Positions 57,432 to 64,000 of a DNA stretch of 64,000 bases are shown here, one piece after another (position 1 is the first letter of the stretch; every line of letters starts with the position of its first letter). The translations under genes and the position numbers were made by a program. The notes beneath the pieces were generated by a model. The model saw only the letters and a program-made list of their open reading frames with translations, ran no database searches and was not told the DNA's origin. The stretch comes from a virus. The stretch is taken from positions 38,474 to 102,473 of the IMG/VR virus record IMGVR_UViG_3300012954_000009; one strand, 5' to 3'.

Positions 57432-58991
57432 CTAGTTAGATGTATTACAATTAGCTAGTGGAGGTTTAGGTAAGGTCCAACTATTAGTACCACTAAACAT
57501 GTTACTACACTGTCCATCTACTACTCCAGATAGGTCCCAGTTAGAACCATCAAAGTTCATTTGCCGTGCATCCCGAAATGCAAAACGTGCTGTCCTTACA
57601 GCACTTGTATTCCAAGATCCTAAGTTCATGTTAATCTTAGTAGATGAGTTAAATATACTACCCATATTAATTACATTAGATACATCCCATGCTCCACAAC
57701 CAATATCACCATTATCAGTAGGTCCATCAGCATGAGTTAATGCCATAAAGTTTGCAAGACTTACAGATTCATTAGTATTAAAAGTCCAACCTTCTATCCA
57801 TATATTTCTGGATGCAAATGATGGTGATAAACCACCACCTCCATTATGGAAACATCTATAAAAGTATCTACAACTATCCCAGTTAGCATCTTGTAATGGT
57901 TTAGATGATTTAGCAGCAGTTAACCCACATACATTACTATCTTTAAACATTTGCTCAGCTGTTTGTATATTACTAAGATCCCAATCACCAAGCTTTTGCT
58001 CACCTGGATAATCTCCTGACCATGCTTGTCTGTTAAATCTAAATGCAGCAAGCATACTTACACATTCTGATAAATCTGGTGTATCAGATGGGTTTCCAAT
58101 ACCTGGATCATTATTATCTGGATTACCATATGGATCAGGATTGCTACTACCAGTAGATCCTTGGAACATGTAATCCCAGAACTTCCATTTAGCAGGACCC
58201 CATCTTCTTATTCTAACAGCTGCATAAACTGCCTCAGTATCTGAAAACTTAAAGTGATTAAAACTAGTTCCAGGTATTGTATCATCATGTGCTACATATA
58301 CTAAAATTTTTCCAGTTCCTGCTGGTACAAGGGATTTACTTAACTGTATTTTCCTATTCCCTGCAGGGTTATTTAATTTAAATTCTGCTATCTTTTGACC
58401 TGTAGATTCAACTTCAACTTTAATTTTTAATGCTTGAGGTCCATTACTCTTATCAACAGTAATTGCTTCATCAGGTGTTCCTGGCACATTTGCAATTATA
58501 CTAAGTGCTTGGGTATTGCTATCAAAAGCACCATTTGTACCTAGTTCAACAAAATCCTCTGCTGTCTGAGAAGCAACTTGATCATATCTATATTCATAAG
58601 TAAATGCATCCCAAGCGGTTTCTCCTGTTGCAGTACTGGAATAAAAAGTATTTTCTTCTTGAGGTTGACCTTGATTGTTTGTTGCAAAAACTCTAAAGTA
58701 ATATGTAGAAGTACTATCTAGCCCAGTAACAGTGTGTGTATTTGTAACTGGAAGTGTGCCTGGAAAGTTAGTACCAATAGGAGATACTTGAGCACCTGGA
58801 GTATCTAGTGTGACTTGAGGATCAGTTTTAGAATATACTATACCATAAGCATAAACAGGTTCATTCTTTCCTGAATCAACCAATTTAAATTCTAGCTCAG
58901 CTTCTGTAAGATTTGTGCTTAAAACTTTAAGGTTAGCAACAATAGGAAGATCACTTTCTCCTTGACCCCAAAATGCAAATGGTATTTTCAT
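57432..58991 (-). CDS. FN3 plus BspA/DUF285-type repeat surface protein (putative fibre/adhesin)
   Basis: 519 aa. TVTGLDSTSTYYFRVFATN (FN3); repeats WDLSNIQTAEQMF, WDVSNVINMGSIF, WNTSAVRTARFAF, WDLSGV...SNMF. Confidence 0.75.
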   Translation of the reverse strand: MKIPFAFWGQGESDLPIVANLKVLSTNLTEAELEFKLVDSGKNEPVYAYGIVYSKTDPQVTLDTPGAQVSPIGTNFPGTLPVTNTHTVTGLDSTSTYYFRVFATNNQGQPQEENTFYSSTATGETAWDAFTYEYRYDQVASQTAEDFVELGTNGAFDSNTQALSIIANVPGTPDEAITVDKSNGPQALKIKVEVESTGQKIAEFKLNNPAGNRKIQLSKSLVPAGTGKILVYVAHDDTIPGTSFNHFKFSDTEAVYAAVRIRRWGPAKWKFWDYMFQGSTGSSNPDPYGNPDNNDPGIGNPSDTPDLSECVSMLAAFRFNRQAWSGDYPGEQKLGDWDLSNIQTAEQMFKDSNVCGLTAAKSSKPLQDANWDSCRYFYRCFHNGGGGLSPSFASRNIWIEGWTFNTNESVSLANFMALTHADGPTDNGDIGCGAWDVSNVINMGSIFNSSTKINMNLGSWNTSAVRTARFAFRDARQMNFDGSNWDLSGVVDGQCSNMFSGTNSWTLPKPPLANCNTSN

Positions 58992-59002
58992 CTTAAATTA
59001 TT

Positions 59003-59569
59003 TTAATGATTAACTGAAGCAGCCCCTAAATAACTAGGTGCTTGAGGACCTACACCAGAATCTCTAGCGTGACCAGTAATTGTAACAACATCATATTTTT
59101 GATCTGTTAAAGCCCAAACTGGATCAACACCGTTAGACCATTTAACATTTATCCAAGTCATAGCTAAGTTGTTATTAAGTGGTCCGTATTTTAAAACAAG
59201 TTGTTTAGTACCAACAAATGTTTCATCTTGAGCTGGTAATAAAGTTATTTCAAGAGGAGTTGGACCACCTGGAGGACCACCCATCCCTATTATTGCAGTC
59301 ATATCTAATACAAAATAGTCAGATTCGCTTAAATCAATTGATAATGCAGGATTAACCATGTTCCCAACATATTTATCAATTAGCTTCTCTTCTGGAGCAG
59401 GAGAAAGGTCAGATGCTTTTATTAATCTTACATCTCTTTCAGATGGTGCACCTACGCTTCTACTTTTAATTTCTGCTACAGCCAGATAATCATTATCTTT
59501 TAACTGCTTACTAGTAATTATTTTCTTTCTTGTAAATAGTCCTAGTATATCTTGTAATATAGTATTCAT
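59003..59569 (-). CDS. Fibre-associated/decoration protein
   Basis: 188 aa. C-terminal TWINVKWSNGVDP...YDVVTI pattern seen in phage fibre modules, next to the BspA-like gene. Confidence 0.45.
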   Translation of the reverse strand: MNTILQDILGLFTRKKIITSKQLKDNDYLAVAEIKSRSVGAPSERDVRLIKASDLSPAPEEKLIDKYVGNMVNPALSIDLSESDYFVLDMTAIIGMGGPPGGPTPLEITLLPAQDETFVGTKQLVLKYGPLNNNLAMTWINVKWSNGVDPVWALTDQKYDVVTITGHARDSGVGPQAPSYLGAASVNH

Positions 59570-59592
59570 TTTAAACTTCTTTTAATTATAAT

Positions 59593-62364
59593 TTACTTAT
59601 TTTTTTTGTCTTTTGCAATTTTATTTCCACCCTTTACATCATACTTGTTCTTATTCTCTCTTGCTATTTCTAAATTTTTATTAGCTATATCTCTCTGAGT
59701 AGCAAGTTTTTCACGCTCTATATCCATTTTTTGAGTTTGCATTGCATTCTTAGTTGCTGCTTCTTGTCTCTTAAAGTTCATAGTTTCTCTATACTCAGCC
59801 CTTTTTCTAATATCTTGCATTTGATCTTGGAAATCTGATTGCATATTTTGATTTATATCTTGCATAGATCCATAACCAGCAGCTCTTATTTCTGCAACCA
59901 TTACATCTTTCTGTCTTTCTTTTTCATTTTCTTGCTGCTCAAACTGTAATTTCATTTGCTCTTCTTGCTGCTTAGCTTGAATCTGTTCTTGCTGCATTTG
60001 TTGTTGCTGTTGCATTTCTTGCTGTCTTTGCATAGATTGTTTAGTTTCTGCATCTTTAAGTATGTCAGATACTTCAGCAATGCTATCAGCTTTTATAATA
60101 TTACCTAGATCATAAATAGTTGCACCAGAAGTATTATTAGTCATTGCTAATTGTTTTAACTGTTCTAGTGTTTGTCTATGATTTGTTTTAGTTGTACAGA
60201 AAATATTAAAGTCTCTCATTAGTAAATCTGTTCCATTTATTGTAAAGTTTACTTTTTCTGCTTCTGATGAGATATATGATAGTCTTACACTTGGATTTGT
60301 ACTATAGTAAAACTGAGCCAAGTCTGTTCTCATTTGATGTACTCTTGGCATTAGGTTATCTGAATGCTGAGTAAAATAAGTTTCTGTCTGTGCATATGAT
60401 TGGTTAAGAGCTTGAACAACACCTGTTGCAGTTTCTTGACCAATAGGAGCACCTAAACGCTGAGGATTAATTCCAATAGAATCAAAACATTGTTGTTTAA
60501 AATAGTTGGCTAATTGAATCCTAGACATTAATCTACCAGTCTGCTCCATGTTTAGAGTCTGATAATGATTAAAGTTTGTAGCATTCTCAGTATTAGTTAT
60601 AGATGTATCCAGAGGAAGCATGCTAAAATCTTTCATTGCTGTCCATGCTTTAGCATAGTTTGATTTACCCCAATCTTCTCCCATAGAGTGACGTGGTAGT
60701 GCATTCTGGTCAAACATAATCACAGTACCTAATTCATCTACTAAGATATCTGCTATTTGATTATTAACCATATTATACCCTACCTGATAAGCTTTCATAA
60801 GATCAACCAATGATGTTGACCTTGTATTTCTATCAGAAAATACTCTACCTTCTACAGGCAACTTACAACCGTACAAGGTTTCATTGCCTTTAAATTGGAA
60901 TGGAAGTCTTCCAGGTTTTGTTCTATCTATACCTAAATATATTGGATTTATATTATCTGCTGACATATTAGATCTCCACATTGCTGGTAAGTTTGGTCCA
61001 ATCTTTACACCACCCCATACTTCATTAATCCAAAACCAATCTAAATGTTCACCTTGAAGTAAGTTTTCTTTATTTTTATTTTTAAATATGGATGTATCAT
61101 ATAATGGTTTTACTGTAACCTTAAATGTTTCATCTACTATTTCCTGTGTTATTTCACCATCAGCTTCAATCTTGGTAAGGTGACCAACTTTTCTTTGAGT
61201 TTTCCAGTATGATGTTGTTACTCTCATCAATTCACCTTCACCCCATGCGGTAACATCCTCCCCTTCATTTAGTATTGAACTAATAACATCTCCACCTCTT
61301 GCGGGATCATTTGACCAATTACTTGCATATTGTCTATATGCTAAACCTGGCATATTAGTATTCCACTTATGAGATCTTGAAGGATCATAGTATGATCCAT
61401 CATTTTGATATCCATTAACTTGATACATAGCTGATCTTGCAGGATAAATCTTTTGTAAAGATTCTAATTGTTCTTTTGTCATAAGATAACCATATCTATC
61501 TATGACATCTGCAACTGTCATTAAATCAATCTTACCAACAAAATTAGAGTCAGATATATATCTTGTATCAGGAGATTTTTGATAAAATGTTAATACAGGA
61601 TTCCACAGCTCAACATCATAATCATCTTCTAACATGCGGAAATGCCAAAACTCTCTATCAGTAATAAGCATATCTCTAAATGCTCTTTCTTCTAGTTCTT
61701 GCATTTTGAATCTTTCCTCATCAACATTAGTTTGATGTGATGCCCATTCTTCTATTAAACTTCTATAATCTTTAGAAAAGAAATCTTCTATTTCTGGTAA
61801 TGATTTTATATTCTCAGGAGACATTTGTGCTTTTGCTTCTTCAGAGCTTGGATCCATGCCCATCTCTAGCATCTTAGCAATTAACTTTGCTTCTGCATCT
61901 GCAAGAAGATTCTCTTCTACCTGCATTCTTTTAGCTTCAAGCAACTCATTATATGATAAATCATCTACAGCTCTAAATTGAACTTTTGAATATCTCTTTG
62001 AAAACTCACCGGATAATACATTTATGACATTGGGAATAATAGGATAAAACTTGAGTTCTAAAGCAGAGTTATCTTCTTTAGTTAGTACATCCATTAAATC
62101 TTTGTACTCATTGTCTTCTTCAACAATGTAGTCAGTCTTATCAATAATCCCTTTTGCTAATTTATAATTTTTAAGTAACCTTCTTGCGTTTAATCTTAAG
62201 AACTCCAAACCTTGTAACTCAAGCCAGTCCATATTCCAAGCTCTCCAATCATCATCTTTCTTTTTAGCAGGTAGAAATTGTATTGGTTGTGTAAGGCTAG
62301 ATGAGGTAGGATAACCTTCTCCCTTTGCTCCACCTTTCAATTGCATTGCGTTTAGTACTCTCAT
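59593..62364 (-). CDS. Portal protein
   Basis: 923 aa after the terminase. YPIIPNVINVLSGE, GINPQRLG...ETATG motifs and Q-rich C-terminal barrel coil typical of crAss-like portals. Confidence 0.88.
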   Translation of the reverse strand: MRVLNAMQLKGGAKGEGYPTSSSLTQPIQFLPAKKKDDDWRAWNMDWLELQGLEFLRLNARRLLKNYKLAKGIIDKTDYIVEEDNEYKDLMDVLTKEDNSALELKFYPIIPNVINVLSGEFSKRYSKVQFRAVDDLSYNELLEAKRMQVEENLLADAEAKLIAKMLEMGMDPSSEEAKAQMSPENIKSLPEIEDFFSKDYRSLIEEWASHQTNVDEERFKMQELEERAFRDMLITDREFWHFRMLEDDYDVELWNPVLTFYQKSPDTRYISDSNFVGKIDLMTVADVIDRYGYLMTKEQLESLQKIYPARSAMYQVNGYQNDGSYYDPSRSHKWNTNMPGLAYRQYASNWSNDPARGGDVISSILNEGEDVTAWGEGELMRVTTSYWKTQRKVGHLTKIEADGEITQEIVDETFKVTVKPLYDTSIFKNKNKENLLQGEHLDWFWINEVWGGVKIGPNLPAMWRSNMSADNINPIYLGIDRTKPGRLPFQFKGNETLYGCKLPVEGRVFSDRNTRSTSLVDLMKAYQVGYNMVNNQIADILVDELGTVIMFDQNALPRHSMGEDWGKSNYAKAWTAMKDFSMLPLDTSITNTENATNFNHYQTLNMEQTGRLMSRIQLANYFKQQCFDSIGINPQRLGAPIGQETATGVVQALNQSYAQTETYFTQHSDNLMPRVHQMRTDLAQFYYSTNPSVRLSYISSEAEKVNFTINGTDLLMRDFNIFCTTKTNHRQTLEQLKQLAMTNNTSGATIYDLGNIIKADSIAEVSDILKDAETKQSMQRQQEMQQQQQMQQEQIQAKQQEEQMKLQFEQQENEKERQKDVMVAEIRAAGYGSMQDINQNMQSDFQDQMQDIRKRAEYRETMNFKRQEAATKNAMQTQKMDIEREKLATQRDIANKNLEIARENKNKYDVKGGNKIAKDKKNK

Positions 62365-62366
62365 AT

Positions 62367-62462
62367 TTATATGCTTATAGTGTATTTGATTGGCTTATTA
62401 TAATCTTTAGTGTATATATAAATATAACTAATATTATCTGTAGATGTTGAATAATATATCAT
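62367..62462 (-). CDS. Putative 31-aa micro-protein between terminase and portal
   Basis: MIYYSTSTDNISYIYIYTKDYNKPIKYTISI*. Its ATG overlaps the terminase stop (TAATG) and its stop lies 2 nt before the portal ATG. Confidence 0.4.
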   Translation of the reverse strand: MIYYSTSTDNISYIYIYTKDYNKPIKYTISI

Positions 62463-64000
62463 TATCTAAAGTTTTTAAAACCTGATCTTCTCCTTTTATT
62501 ACTTGTTTTACCTGCCTTACGTCCTATGTTACTAAATGGACTATACTTTAATTTAAACAAATTTTGTGAATTATCCAAGGGTTTTACGGTATCAGATTCA
62601 CGCCTTCTGCTATATCCTCTATTAGATTGTTGTACTTTAGCAAATGCAATTAATGCACAAAAAGAAACCATTCTATCTACGTTTAAACCAGGATAGTATG
62701 CAAGCATTTCTTTTATCAGCATAGGATCAGGTATTCTTTCTACACCAAATGTTTGCTTTGTAACGGTTCCATTTTGATCAGTCTCTTCATCTGTTACCTC
62801 TCTTAAAAATTCTAACCCGTATGATATTAAATGGTTTTTAAATAATGTTCCTGTATTCTTCCAACCATACTCTTGATATACAGTTCTATTTGATCCTAAA
62901 TCTTTTAAAAACAAAATTTGTTGTTTTGGAACTAAATACTTTTGCTTTCTTCTTGAGATCATATGCTGTATAAATAATGAAATATTATTTTCAACAACAG
63001 TCCATGCATTATACCATTCAATAATTTTTTCTAACTGTTCATGTGTCTTGTTAATATCATCATATCTACCACACCATGACGCAACAATCTTATCTCTTTC
63101 TATAAATGTCTCAAGTCCACTTGATGTTTCTCTTGTTACCTCAACTGGATTTTTATAAACAAATATACTACATAATGAATCTGATGTTGTTGTTTTACCT
63201 TCTGATACAGGGTCAATAGATGCATAGTAAGTACCAAACTCAGGATTCTTAGTTGGTTTCTCCCATACAACTAAAACACCAGTTTTGTCTGTTTGCTTTT
63301 TATTTACAGGAAATTGTGATATAGGAAGCTTCCTGGATTTCTTAGCTATTATACCGCTCTCATCTCTTTCTAATTCTATAAAATCATATGAGTATTCTTT
63401 TTCTTCTATTCTCTTAAGTTGTTTAGATAACAACCCTTGTGGAAAAATTGATTCTTTTCTATAAGCAAACCCTTCAGCTATATTAGTTGGTTTCTGTGAT
63501 ATACGTAATTGATACTGTTCTGGATTTAATTCATCTTTCCAACGCTCTCTTTCAGTGAATATGGCTTCTAATGCTTCTTCTATTTTAGAATTACCATACT
63601 CATCAATGTGTGGAGGCATAGACCATTGCTCAGGAATAAATAATCCTGACAAACCTATCGTGCCATCTTTATCTAAAAGGTTACTTTCAACAGCATAGAT
63701 ATCATTTATTGTAGGATTAAGTATCATTTCTTTTAGTGGATTACATTGATCAAGATCACCCACAGATCCAGCTGCTATAAACACACCAGTAGTCAACATT
63801 CCAGATGTCATTGCTGGTCTTAAATATTCATATGTATCCATCATCTTAGGTGCAATACCTGCCTCCTCATGAAAGAAATATGTTGTAGGTCCACCAACAC
63901 CAGTGGTAGCATTCTTCTCAAAAGATGCTCCTTGTATTTTAGATTTTAATCCTCTCTTTGTTTTTCTATTACCAACTTTAACTTCTATCTGTTGTTGCCA
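62462..64000 (-). CDS. terL: Terminase large subunit, partial (5' end outside window)
   Basis: The frame stays open to the window edge beyond the track start. Walker B YFFHEEAG (~63860-63885), RNase H-like nuclease motifs YYASIDP, VENN, NVDRMVS. Confidence 0.92.
   Translation of the reverse strand, partial: WQQQIEVKVGNRKTKRGLKSKIQGASFEKNATTGVGGPTTYFFHEEAGIAPKMMDTYEYLRPAMTSGMLTTGVFIAAGSVGDLDQCNPLKEMILNPTINDIYAVESNLLDKDGTIGLSGLFIPEQWSMPPHIDEYGNSKIEEALEAIFTERERWKDELNPEQYQLRISQKPTNIAEGFAYRKESIFPQGLLSKQLKRIEEKEYSYDFIELERDESGIIAKKSRKLPISQFPVNKKQTDKTGVLVVWEKPTKNPEFGTYYASIDPVSEGKTTTSDSLCSIFVYKNPVEVTRETSSGLETFIERDKIVASWCGRYDDINKTHEQLEKIIEWYNAWTVVENNISLFIQHMISRRKQKYLVPKQQILFLKDLGSNRTVYQEYGWKNTGTLFKNHLISYGLEFLREVTDEETDQNGTVTKQTFGVERIPDPMLIKEMLAYYPGLNVDRMVSFCALIAFAKVQQSNRGYSRRRESDTVKPLDNSQNLFKLKYSPFSNIGRKAGKTSNKRRRSGFKNFR

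Noticed and set aside
1944-57735. All plus-strand ORFs in the track (e.g. 40271-40714, 49959-50318, 56856-57380, 8057-8395)
   Set aside because: They lie antisense to long minus-strand genes and have the S/F/L-rich composition of shadow frames, with no recognisable motifs.
57432-58300. Diversity-generating retroelement target in the adhesin gene
   Set aside because: No reverse transcriptase and no near-identical template repeat differing at adenines was seen in this window.
59588-59599. GTAAATTAT at the portal stop as a full promoter copy
   Set aside because: It overlaps the TAA codon and lacks the W4-GTA tail, so it may be chance. Kept only as a partial variant.
63842-63844. Track start of terminase at 63844
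   Set aside because: The frame is open to the window edge and includes the Walker B motif upstream, so this is an internal Met.
1-64000. Stop-codon reassignment (TAG=Gln or TGA=Trp), known in some Crassvirales
   Set aside because: Genes up to 4943 codons are uninterrupted in code 11 and tile the window. TAG (52598, 57432) and TGA (47375, 48472) occur only as plausible gene ends.
54319-64000. Introns or inteins in terminase, portal, capsid or vRNAP genes
   Set aside because: No frame breaks, no C...HN intein termini and no homing-endonuclease motifs seen in the visible parts.
1-64000. tRNA, rRNA, CRISPR array or IS elements
   Set aside because: Intergenic gaps are all under about 130 nt. 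No cloverleaf, spaced direct repeats or transposase motifs were seen.

Overview
The whole window is one strand-uniform (all real genes on the minus strand), AT-rich, densely packed virion-morphogenesis and ejected-cargo module of a large Bacteroidota podophage of the Crassvirales (crAss-like) type, probably infecting an environmental Flavobacteriia host. Reading right to left: terminase large subunit (partial), a 31-aa micro-ORF, portal, a fibre/BspA-like adhesin pair, scaffold, major capsid, accessory capsid and Cys-rich fibre-like genes, a metallophosphoesterase, ring/adaptor genes interrupted by four tiny Lys/Arg-rich genes, a 2156-aa muzzle/tail-stabilisation protein with an inserted vWA domain, three modular cargo proteins (1563, 1288, 918 aa), an 1101-aa cargo protein, a 4943-aa zincin plus DFDID virion RNA polymerase, and a partial giant protein with a PD-(D/E)xK nuclease. 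The standard genetic code is used. The most notable signals are: (1) the three cargo proteins are strings of unrelated effector modules separated by about 16 short (A/K/R)Q-x-G(G) linkers, and one module looks like a PPPDE-type Cys peptidase, suggesting a di-Gly-processed or linker-targeted polyprotein cargo system; (2) about 10,600 residues of cargo hold only six Cys, four in catalytic-type motifs and two facing each other at the vRNAP C-terminus and the next protein's N-terminus; (3) a 16-bp motif GTATATTAT-W4-GTA occurs exactly five times between genes, probably a phage late promoter. Product names come from motif reading and synteny with characterised crAss-like phages, not from database searches.
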